Assembly (NCBI GenBank): GCA_907165135.1
Contig: OU015566.1
Location: 14,074,001-14,138,000 of the forward strand
Direction: 5' to 3'
Source: Oikopleura dioica
Taxonomy: Eukaryota; Animalia; Chordata
Length of the DNA stretch: 64,000 bases
The notes below the pieces were generated by a model. It saw nothing but the letters and a program-made list of their open reading frames with translations, had not been told where the DNA came from and did not search any database. Both the position numbers and the translations under genes were made by a program. Each line of letters opens with the position of its first letter. Positions within the stretch are counted from its first letter, which is position 1. This document shows, one piece after another, positions 53,554 through 64,000 of this stretch.

Positions 53554-54445
53554 TCAATCATTAGCTGGATGTTCCAAATCCAACCAAGGAATTCCAGAAA
53601 ATGGAACTTTTTTGCGATACTCTTCGTATTCTCTTCCGAATAAGTACAGTAGCGTTTGCTCTTCGTGAGGAATTCTTTCGGCGAAAAATGTGTACGTAGC
53701 AGCAGTGTAGATAATTATACAGACTGGGTTGCAAAGGCAAACTAAAATGAGGTATAACAACGATCGAATCAATCATGTTTACCTTGAGAAGCAATGGACC
53801 ACAATCCCCATCCAAAATAAGAAGGATGTCTGCACAAACTATACGGGCCACTGGTAACCAGTTTGTGCTCCGACCTTCGATGATACTGGATCAAATGCGT
53901 GAAGCCAGCCCCACACCAGATCATCGACAACTTTCTGATAAAATCTCCGAACAAGGTCAAATAGAAACCAAAGCGGGAAACGACAGAAATAACGTATCCA
54001 GTTCCAAACAAAGCGTGCAACCCAGCGAATTCGATGACAGCGGCGGCCATGGCAGCGTGGTAGGCGGGAGAGTGGTTGAGTAAGAAGGAAGTGTACTTGA
54101 GTTGGGCTGGGTTGGAAAGAGCTACGGCCAGGTATTCACCTTAAATTTTCGGTGATTTTGATACAGGAAATTGGTCATACCTAGATGAAAAATTGAGACA
54201 ATGATAATAAAGCTATCAAGCGGTTCAGGCACTTCCCAACTGCAGCTGTACAACACACCAATGAACGCTGCTCTTACAACCGAAGCCAAAGTGAAATTTC
54301 GAAGAACAAAGAACGACCCAAAGAGGCAGATTCCCAAGGCAAACTGGACGAATCTTCTGTCTTTTTCAATTTGAGCTAGGAGCCAGATCATGGAGAAGAA
54401 AGTAGATAAAGTGACAAGACAACATAACAATGGACGATTTCGCAT
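53554..54445 (-). CDS. ICMT: Isoprenylcysteine carboxyl methyltransferase
   Basis: SFLLNHSPAY, FTHLIQ...HKLVTSGPYSLCRHPSYFGW, LCNPVC, RIPHEEQTLLYLFGREYEEY. Confidence 0.95.
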
Positions 54446-54515
54446 TATCTCTTAAAATATCAAGTTTATTCGCGAATCAAGGCAGTAGATACAATGAAAG
54501 ATTTGTACAGAGAGA

Positions 54516-55184
54516 TCAGATTAAAGCTTGCCACTTGGGCTCATCTTCTTCATAGACTAAGTTGATTGTTTCTTGAATCTTTTTAATCGTTGAATACTCC
54601 ACATCTGGGCAGATGGCTTTTCTCCAAGATTTCTCGCAATATTCATCTTGAAAAATAAAAATATTTAACTTCTCGCTGGACCGCTAGAATAATTACCTAG
54701 AGGTATTTGCGCCCCATGAACTTTGAGGGCAAGATCAATACACGCAATCGCAACCGCTTTTTGTTCGAAGTGGATGATTTCCGGCCGGTGAAGTCCGTCC
54801 ATCAAAAAGCTAACTGAAAACTCGGTAAATAAGAATCTTCCTACATTTCTCTTGCCTGATGATTTTGCTACTGCCTTGAATACAGTAACGGCAGGATGGT
54901 TGTTCTGAGTTGGCCTTCCGTGGAACCACTTTTCAATGACGAAAAGATAGTGGCATGTCAAGTCGAAAAATTCAGGCTTTGGGACATGAAAGTTCAGAAC
55001 TCGCAGGATCTAGTGTATTTGTTAGCGTCTGAAGTATCCTAAGTCCTTACCAGAAGTTCTAGATTTCCGATCGAATCCCTCAGATCGTAGAATGGATCGC
55101 TTAGCGTTAAGGGCGTGTCAGTCTTATTGGTGGTGCAGTAGACAACATTGACCAAGTCTCGGAGACGAATGAGCACTTCGGACT
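54516..55184 (-). CDS. CCNQ: Cyclin Q (FAM58A), 3' portion only; 5' exons absent from window
   Basis: RLRDLVNVVY...PLTLSDPFYDLRDSIGNLELLILRVLNFHV, HYLFVIEKW, AVAIACIDLALKVHG, KSWRKAIC match the C-terminal two-thirds of cyclin Q. Confidence 0.8.
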
Positions 55185-56923
55185 CTGAAAACGGACTAAC
55201 ATTGGATCACTGCCAACACTAGTCCAGACCAGGGTCTCGAAAAATTGGATGCGCGGCGGTTGTTTTGGCGCCCCCTCTCGCTTTCAACCCCCGCGCCCTA
55301 GATGTTTGCGCGAGAAAACAACGGTGGGCTGGATGTTGCGCCACCCTCCGCGGACAGTTGTGCGCAACGGGAGCCGGTTGTTAACAACGGGCGCTCGGTT
55401 GTTCACCAACAAGTTCGCGGTCCTCGCCTCATAGAAATAAACAAATTAGTACCCTACGTCGCCATTCTAAGTAAATGATTTAAATATCATATTTGATTTA
55501 TCAAAAAAGATGTTATTATCCAAATAATTTTTAGATATCTTTATAATCTTAGTTTTCAAGAAACAACTCAGCAGAAAATATTTCAGATTATCCTAGCTGC
55601 CTAGTTAGGGACTTTATCAGGTAGACGCGGTGTTTAGATGACTGAGTGTAAGTGGCAGTGCGCTTGTGCTTTGCGCGCTCCCCGGGGTACCTGAAAGGCC
55701 CCATAATCTCAGTGGGTGCACACTCTGACCTACTGTAACAAAAATCACCGGGTGATCCAAACAAAACAGTTCTCGGAAGTGGTAAGCTACCTGTTTGCAA
55801 AAAATATCGAATTTATAGGCAACTATTACGCCCAAAATGTGCTAGTTACTTGAACGATGATCTGTCAATCATAAATAGCTAATTGCCCCGAATCTCAAAA
55901 TAATTTTTACATATTCGTAATCAGCGGAAAAAGTTATATATGGGGTCTAAGTTTCACTGAATTTGAACATTTTTGCATATTCCTACAGCGTTACTTTCCC
56001 TTTGGCGCGAGCCTATATTTCAAACATCCAGCCCAAATTGTTTTTGAAAGTGAACAACGAGCGCGCCGATTTTTTTTTTAATATTTGAGTTTATTTAAGC
56101 AACTAATCACGTGGTTAGAAGCCTGTGCACAGAAAATGGAAATAAAAGAATAAACAGAACAGAAACAAAAGAGTGATGATAACGTAAAAAGAGTAGGGCT
56201 GTGTTGGGGATGAAATATGAGTGGGTACGGGGAGGATGGGTCCATGTCAGGAATGTGTAAGTAGCTACAGTATGTCATATACATAGATATATGCACACCA
56301 GGTGAGAAAGTGATGGAGGAAGGCCTCTGCCCGCAAACAAATGCAGGCAGCTGCCTGCCTAAAGGAATTCAATCGAATCCCGTGCGCTCATCCAGAGCCG
56401 CTGTAGGCCTGTAAACCCAGATGGTTTAAGCAGACTGCCAGCCAAAAAGTGTGAAAGTATAGCCCTGAGGGAAAATACGAGATATATAGTATAAATAAAT
56501 AAATGATAAGAGTAAATACCTACGTAATAAAATACTAATGGTCATAAGGAGAGTATAATGTAGTAGCAAGCATTAAACATACATGGAAAAGTAACTAATA
56601 AGAATTGTACATCAATATGTGTAAGGTATAAATAAATAATTAGGAGAAGAGAGAAATAGCAGTGAGACGTAGCAGATACACAAACTGGTGTACAAGCTGA
56701 TAATAACATATCTAACGTGGCTAAAATAAATATGATTTGTAGATTCCTGGAGTTCATGTCTTCGCCTGTTTTCGTTGCTGTGTTGTTGAGATGACGGTTC
56801 GTGTTGTTGATTTTCACTGGGCGGGGAATGCAATAATCATGACATTCTCTAGAATGCGTGGTGTTATTGTGATTTTTGCGCCCCGCGTCTTCAGTTCATT
56901 CTTGGACCTCCGAGGGTTAACAC

Positions 56924-59900
56924 ATGGAGCCATTTACTGGAAATTATTACGAGGTGAGTGTTGAATAGGAGCGTGATAAAGTTTCAGTTTAAGGTTTATC
57001 ATATTTCATAAATATTTTGAATGATTACTTTATATCAGTAATCTAAACTCCTATAAGGTTAAATGACAATGGGCTATCCAGAGATACCACATGCCTTCCT
57101 GTTGATTCATGCTAGTAGATCTATTTTATTTTTCTGCCAAAAGCTGACAATGCATAAATCAAATGATTCATATTGCGTTGATCGCAGCCGATGGTCAAGA
57201 GGCATAACAATTTTTCGAGCTCTTAGATTCTTTCGAGTTACTAGAAAACAGAGAAAAGCTGGCTTTCATATAATTATTTGAGGCAGAAAGTAATTATTAT
57301 TGGATAATCATTCTAATTATTTTAAATTTTTTCATATAGAATGTGTTGGATTTGAATTAAGTTCACTTTAGACTTAGAGGCTTTATTTTATTTTATAGAT
57401 TCTTTCCGACTACACTTGCGAGGAATTGGAATACTTCGATGAGTTCGGAACGTTTCCAACTTCTTTGGAGCTAGAGTTTTACCTTATGAGCTTAAATGAC
57501 TCATTCCCCCAGCTACCGTCAGATGCGTCGATGGTGATGGAGCCAATTGAGCAATCTCGTGGTAAAAAGTCTACTCAGACGAGCAAGGGACGCCCAACTC
57601 TATCCGATGTTCTCAAGGTTGCCGACACCATGAAAGTACGACCCCGCGCTGGATTCGGAAAGGTCAAAAAGACACCCCAGAGGGGATCTTCGCAACTCCG
57701 CAAGTCAGCTCGTCTTTCCAAAATGCGCAAAGCCGATAAGAAGCTTGAGGGTGTCTCCACCGCCAAACCGGCTGACCCCGAAGAAATGGAGACAGATACG
57801 CAGCTGCCTACCGAGGCAGGCAGTAGCCAACCTCAGCTTACTTCCGAGGATTTGGAGCAACGAGATGCAACTGGTAAGAAACTTAGATTTGCTTGCTCTC
57901 ATCAAAACATGTGTTCTAGAAAGAAGTCCACCCACTGAACAAGAGATCACCGCTGCCGAGGCAAGCTTGGTTCAATCAACCGAAGAGCAAGAAGATGTGG
58001 TCGACTGTGGGCCCGATCCAGTTCGTAGATTAAAGCATCCCGGTCTGCCACTCCCCGCCAACGAAACTCGACCTCCTATCGTTCCCGCTGAGGATTCTTT
58101 GCTCGCCGAGCCTAACTCTGACGATGAGGAGAGCAACTGGGAAACTGTGCAGCCCTGGGCAGAGTCGCTTTATCACGTAACGGAGTTACTATACTATGTA
58201 TGTAATTAATTTGCTCTTAAATGGTTATATAAAGCCCTAGAATAACTATTAATTTCTGACCAAAACTATTTTAGTTCTTGCTTGGTTCAACTAACCGCGC
58301 TCTTAATGACGATAACACCAAGCTCAGAAGTTTGTATCACTTCATTTCCTCTTTTGTTCCAAGCTTGGTTTCAATGTACGACCCACAAGATACACAAATA
58401 TCCCGCACTGTATTGAAGGGAGTACATCTCGATCTTCTTGATCCTAGCCTCCAGGATTCACAATTGCTGCATCAGAAGACTTCCTCCATGCTGAGATTCG
58501 TTGGGGCATTTATGGGACGCTACCTTGAGCGAATCTTGTATCAAAAGCCCGAAGATCAGACATCTGACAGCAAGAACACACTCCAGAACAGGTAGGTTCC
58601 TGCCTGCATACCTCTTCATTAATATTTACTTATTTATTTTTCACAGTCTACTACCACTTGTTGATGAGGATGAGGTGTCTCCTTTGATGGCTTCTCTGGA
58701 GGCTGTTTTCAACAAGAATCTGTTGGAGAAGTCATTAAGCGAATCATTAAGAAATTTGATCTGCTTCCACCTTCAGGTAAGTTATTCTTTGTTATTAATA
58801 AGAGTTCTTATTCTTGTTTTAGCGCTTATTCCGAGTGCTTTCGCCCGAACTGCTGAAGCAATTATTGACTAATATGCCACCCAATCTGCAGTTGTTCACG
58901 CGCGTTAACCACATATTGACTAATCGAAAAGAGCCTGCTCCAACTACTATCACCTGGTCGACATTGCCACATCACTTAGAGTATCGCCGTCAGTTTTATT
59001 CGTGGACTGCCGACAATCAGGCTGCAAATGAACCAGGTGACGGCTTGATCATTAATTCTTGTAAGGAGTGAGCTCTTGAACTCGATAGATATGGTTGAGA
59101 GCGAGGAATTTCTCCTAACTGAACACTTTAGTTGATGAACCTCCTTGTAAAATCCCTGTTGCATCTCGGTGTGAGATTTATACTCTTCGTTCCTTGGAAT
59201 TTTATGACTTGATGTCAGGAAACATCCAGCGAATTCGTCAGGAGGAGCGCGAGCGAGAAGAACGAGAGAGGGAAGAACAAAGACTTCAAGCAGAGCGATT
59301 AGCCACCGAACAAGCCGAAAAGGAAAAAGAGTTGGAAAAAGAGAGAATTTCACGCGAGCTGGAGGAGCAGAAGAAGATGGAGACTACGCAGCAGAAGACA
59401 CTTCAGGACGCGGCGCAAGGGCAATCAACCGTTCTTCCTGAATCTCAGCCTCATTATTCGCCCACGTCTTCTAACTATCCCCATACTCCCAGTACAGCTT
59501 TCTCCGATCATGGGACCGTGCACCCTGCACCTGGTGATTCTGAGATGGATATTTTGTCCAATCATGGCTCCCTTGGACCAGGTCATCACGACATCAGTCT
59601 AGATGAAAATGATGAGATTGATGTGGAAGGCTTGCAGAATAACCCCGCCAGCTCCACCTCAGCTCAACCTATTCATTGTTACCTCGTCATAATTCAGGGG
59701 ACTCACGCTGAAACCATCCGTCTGCCTAATTCTGGTAAGGAAATCATAGCTAATCTCAATATTCTTAATAATATATTTCATTCCATTTCATTAAACAATA
59801 TTATTTCTAGTTGGATTCGCAGAGGCTGCTGGAGTTCTCCAGCATTTCCGTCCGAATACTGCCTACCCAATGCAGGCAGCTACCTCTGTTCAAGCCTCGG

Positions 59901-62900
59901 CAAGTACTCTTTATCGTGAGCAGCAGAGTGGTGCTCCACCGATGACTTATATTCCTCCTGTGCCATCCGACAATACCGTCCAAGGCGATTCCCAGGCGGA
60001 GTTTGAAGATCCTCCTGCAGTGAACTTGGAGCGAATTGGTGTCGAGCCTGTCAATTTTCTGCAATTACTTCACGATGAAACAACTGCCATGGTAACGACT
60101 TTATTACAGCCAACTGGTGAGCCTTCTGGAAATAACGTCGGGCATGTATTTCCTGTTGATCTGCCACCTCGTGTTTGGGGAAGGTACAGCGACACAACCG
60201 ACTACCAACTGATCTATTTCAACGAGTTGGACAAGTCTAAAGTTCGAGTCGAGTATAGAACGACCCCAAGTGATGAGACTGCGTCTATTCGTCTCGCTTT
60301 GATAACGGCAACTCAACTGTTGCCTTCCCCTGCGACTAGCGTCGAGAAACACAAGTGTAGAGTTGTTGCATTCCAAGAGTATTTCAAGACTGTTGGAGAC
60401 TCACCCCAAGCACAACTCCCCGCTGATCTCGCCAAGAAAATCAAGGGTGCTAGAGTGGTTGGTGGATACTGTAAGTGTTACCAAGCGTTCTTGCTTTTAA
60501 AGCTTAATATTTTATTTCAGCTTCATGGCTTCATCATTTCAAGACTGACTTGCCCAATTATGAGAATCGTAACCCTGATGAACCCACGCCTCTACCTTAC
60601 TTGTCTCAACCTGATCTTTTCGATAAAGCTTATCATGATCATGTGACAATGGTCGCTCCCTTTTCTCGAACAGACCTCACTAAAGCCCCTGTTATACTAG
60701 GAAAGCTTTTAAAGGACGAGGCTATTGCTACACTCCAAGCGGTAGGCAACTGCCTGCCTTCTCAACTTGTTTAAACTTTCCGTTTAGAAAATGGATTTCT
60801 ACTACTTCCAGAATCGCCAAACAAGGTTCAAGGCAGCATTGTGCAATGATATCGCGCTTCAAGCCATACCTTCCACTTGGTGTCGTTCTGAGCCCTCAGC
60901 CGACCGTGCTTCCTGGCGTCAGCCCATATGCAGTTCAATTCGATGCGTTACTGCAGGACCGTGCTTGTTGAGGCATAGCACCGTTGTTGCTGGTTTGACC
61001 GAATCAATGTAAGATTTGTTATTATAGTTCATAAGAATATAATGGGGTAGAGGGGAGAGTAGGGTTCTTATTTTATTTATCAGTTTATAGCTATTTGTTA
61101 AATCCTAATTCAGACTGCCGGTTCTGCACTCCATCGCCGATCGCTTGTACCATGTAGCGAAACACGGCAGACATCGGCTGTTGGTCGAGAGTCTCGATGA
61201 TTTTGATCTTGCTTACAAAATGGAGCAAAGTTTATCGCTCCTCGGCGAGTCTTTATTTGACTCCCATACCTTCGTCGCGCCCACTCATCCTCAATTAGTG
61301 AATCACGGCCAGGCCCCAAGCAATCTCGTTGTTGGACAGTCGCTGCATTTCGGGACCCTTGGAGAATATCTACGAGTTCATTTTCCTGCTCCACTCAAGT
61401 CGGAGAACAGCGAGGTAGGCCTTTAGAAATCAGAATACATTTTTAGTATGTTTTGTCTAATAGAGAATGGATTTTCGGACAGCAACGAATTGAATCGATT
61501 AAGGATTGATTTCTTATATTATTATTTTAGTTTCACTCCCGCTATCTTCAACAGTATGGCCAAATTATGTCTTTGTTGAGCTGTTTGGGTTTCCGCGTTG
61601 TGTCACAACCGTCTTCTGGTGATCTATTCGTCCTAATGACTGATGTAACTGCCAGTCACTGCGCCAGACTCATGTCCTACTTCACCGAGATTTCAAGGCT
61701 CGAAAAGAAGTATTGCGATAATAGCTTCACCCGGGAGGAGTCCAACCTGCCTAAGCTGAGTGTTGATTCAGCATTACCAGCCTGTCTTTGCTCCACCGAG
61801 TATCCTTCGATAGTATTAAGACCCGATACACATCCCAGGTAAAATAACCACCTAATTACAACTTATCCTAACGAGATTTCATTGTTTAGTTTACAGGAGG
61901 TTTGCCACACCGCGTTTCATTCCTTTCTTCGATCTGTGCGTCGCGACCCACAATATGGCTTCAATTCTGAGTTGTATTCCAACCTCAGGAGAGCGAGAAC
62001 TTTTTACACACTACACGACAATCCTACCGATCTTGGATTGTTTCATGAGGATCGCCAGAAGTATCTGGACAAGCTGGTCCATTACTTCCATACTCCCGGC
62101 TGCTCGGAGGTTGCATTGGAGACCATATTGTTTCCACTGGAGCCAAACAAGACGTTCCACAACACCTGCCAGCATCGATTCTGTTTCATGCGATGCCACG
62201 CAAATCAGGCTGGATATCGTAGGATGCTGACTGTTCTATCATCTCAGAGAACATTGGAAAAGGTAGCGTCTCGATATTAACACAGGATTCTCCTTTTATG
62301 ATGGTATTAACCATCTTAAATTTAGACCGACGACCGATTCCGTGGTTTATCTGCCAAGTACCTTACGATACTGAATAACCCAGTGGAACCAGAAAGGACT
62401 GGGCAGACGAGTGCTAATTGTGTTATCGGCCTTGAGCTCCCCACCACTTACTTGGATCGCCTTTTTAAGGGTAATTATCAGTGTTCTTCCAGTTTTAAAA
62501 TATCACATTTTACTGATATGACGGGTTAGAGAAGATTATAAAACTTTTATTGTTTAGATATGGGCTCTCCTTTCTACCACGAGAGTAAGCATGTGGCTGC
62601 ACAAATGGAGCCTACTCCTCTGCTGAAGGCCTTTCTCAAGTACGGATGGAGCTTAACAGAGCTCAGTAGACTTGGGACAATTTACGGCCGCCGGGTATTG
62701 GGAGTGTTTCTTCGTCAGAGTAAGTCGAACAAGCGTCGGAACACACACCCCCGAGTCCCTCTACTCAACAGTCACTTCTTCCCGATGACACCAGACAGCT
62801 CACCGATGCTTCTTTCACCTCGACAAAGCCACCCGGTTGGTTTGGATGTCAAGTATCTATCCCTGCTTGAATCTGTAAAGATTCCCGCTGCTCGAAAGTA

Positions 62901-62901
62901 A
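56924..62901 (+). CDS. Large intact multi-exon orphan protein (roughly 1500 aa)
   Basis: MEPFTGNYYE|GTGAGT first exon joins in phase to ILSDYTCEELEY (57399); about 12 further exons join through GT-AG introns to ...VKIPAARK* (62901); basic patch, E/R coiled coil, His/Cys-rich C-terminal half. Confidence 0.7.
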
Positions 62902-63433
62902 TCCTGTACTTGTTCCATGTACCTTCCTGCATGAATAATAAAACAAGCTTTCATCATACACATTAGAGGCAGGTCACTGCCTGCTTTAGTTCAAGACAAC
63001 AGATTTATATGGAAAATCTGTTTTGAATCTTTTTTATTTTGAGTTTATTAATGATGATGACTTTTGGTAAAGTTTTTAGTAACACAGGAAGTAACATATT
63101 GGTAAATACACCTAAAGAACAAACAACAGAGTAAATAAAAGGGAATTCGCAGATTCAGCGATTTCGTGAGAAAGTAAGTAATTCCGCTAAAGAAAGTATT
63201 TTTGTTTTGATATGCAGAGATATTGGTGCCCACGTGATAAGGAGAGCGAGAAATTACAGAGGGGGTATTTACAGATAATTAGCTGTTGTGGCTCTCTGCA
63301 AATGATTTTTACTAGTTTTTTTGGTCTTAGAGATTCACGTTATTGGACAGAGGTAAAAAAAAGAACTACAATAAACAAAACAAGTGTTGTACTTGGAGAG
63401 CTTTAAAGAGAACATGATTTGAGGAGGGAAGTA

Positions 63434-64000
63434 TTATAACGATTCCAGTGATGGCGGTTCGTTATGATCTGACTCGTTTTCATCCAACTTTATCCTCTTG
63501 GCATTCAGTTGGTCAGTGAGTGGGCACAGTTGAAGAATTTCATTTCTTATTGCAAGCAGGTCATATTCTTCCCTTTTCCTCTTCTTGGAGCCGTTATGGC
63601 GGGTTGAGTCAGGGTCGAATAGCTTGCTGATCAGTGCATTGCTGACCCACTTAGGGTTTATTTCTTCAGAAGGGCCGTTTTTGTCTCCCAGACTTTTGAG
63701 GAGCACATTCATCCAAAGTTGATCATTCAGAGGTCCTGAATTAAAATTTAGACTCAGGTTAGAGGTAATTGTGCCTTCATTAGAGCACTGAATGATTCTT
63801 AACGATGAAAAAGTGTGCTTATTCCCCGAAAGTTCACTCCATCTTTGTGAATTACCGCTGAGTTGATCATTTAGCATTGACGTTAGCTCGGTTATTTTAC
63901 CAGTAATTTCGTTAACGTCTTCATCGAACATGTCTTTTGCGAACACTCCAATGAACGTGAACGGTAGTAATTTAGCACATTTGATCAATTTTCTCAGCTT
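63434..64000 (-). CDS. 3' end of a hypothetical protein convergent with the orphan gene
   Basis: Open 184-aa frame ending EPPSLESL*, NLS-like KKRKRE; no recognised domain. Confidence 0.55.
   Translation of the reverse strand, partial: KLRKLIKCAKLLPFTFIGVFAKDMFDEDVNEITGKITELTSMLNDQLSGNSQRWSELSGNKHTFSSLRIIQCSNEGTITSNLSLNFNSGPLNDQLWMNVLLKSLGDKNGPSEEINPKWVSNALISKLFDPDSTRHNGSKKRKREEYDLLAIRNEILQLCPLTDQLNAKRIKLDENESDHNEPPSLESL

Larger units (their letters stand above)
55230..64000. mobile_element. Left end and body of a putative large hAT-like DNA transposon (right end outside window)
   Basis: CAGGGTCTCGAAAAATT terminus preceded by GTCCAGAC (nTnnnnAn / GTCTAGAC-like 8-bp target), GC-rich subterminal CAACGG/CGGTTG repeats to about 55420, abrupt loss of CCNQ, shift in intron style; no transposase seen. 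Confidence 0.5.

Noticed and set aside
55588-56950. Scattered minus-strand ORFs inside the putative element
   Set aside because: Could not be joined into a coherent spliced frame; left uncalled.

Overview
Compact, AT-rich eukaryotic (animal) genomic DNA. Very short introns, frequent non-GT donor sites, long same-strand gene runs with 60-450 bp spacers and the gene content point to the larvacean tunicate Oikopleura (inference, not proven). Bases 1-55 kb hold about 27 mostly multi-exon genes: MAP7, membralin/TMEM259, SMG9, SCAMP, atypical PKC, cathepsin F, a GNAT acetyltransferase, an O-fucosyltransferase, tRNA-Leu(CAG), an Sp-like zinc finger, an MFSD4-like transporter, a block of secreted/orphan genes, CYP4, and an 11-gene minus-strand operon-like run (PUF60, KNTC1/Rod, ARL6, two multi-dsRBD genes, TALDO1, PSMD13, MPHOSPH6, ICMT, cyclin Q). 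At 55230 the cyclin Q gene breaks off at a hAT-like transposon end, followed by compositionally different DNA carrying a roughly 1500-aa intact orphan gene. Most notable: a minimal hammerhead ribozyme with an inverted truncated copy (23.1-23.4 kb); a dsRBD/dsRBD-RING gene pair containing an inverted copy of one of its own exons; the large cargo-carrying hAT-like element; domain-stripped aPKC, PUF60 and Rod; four consecutive non-GT introns in SMG9; and 30-bp-phased CCAAT arrays. All exon structures were inferred by manual translation; family calls come from recalled motifs, not database searches.
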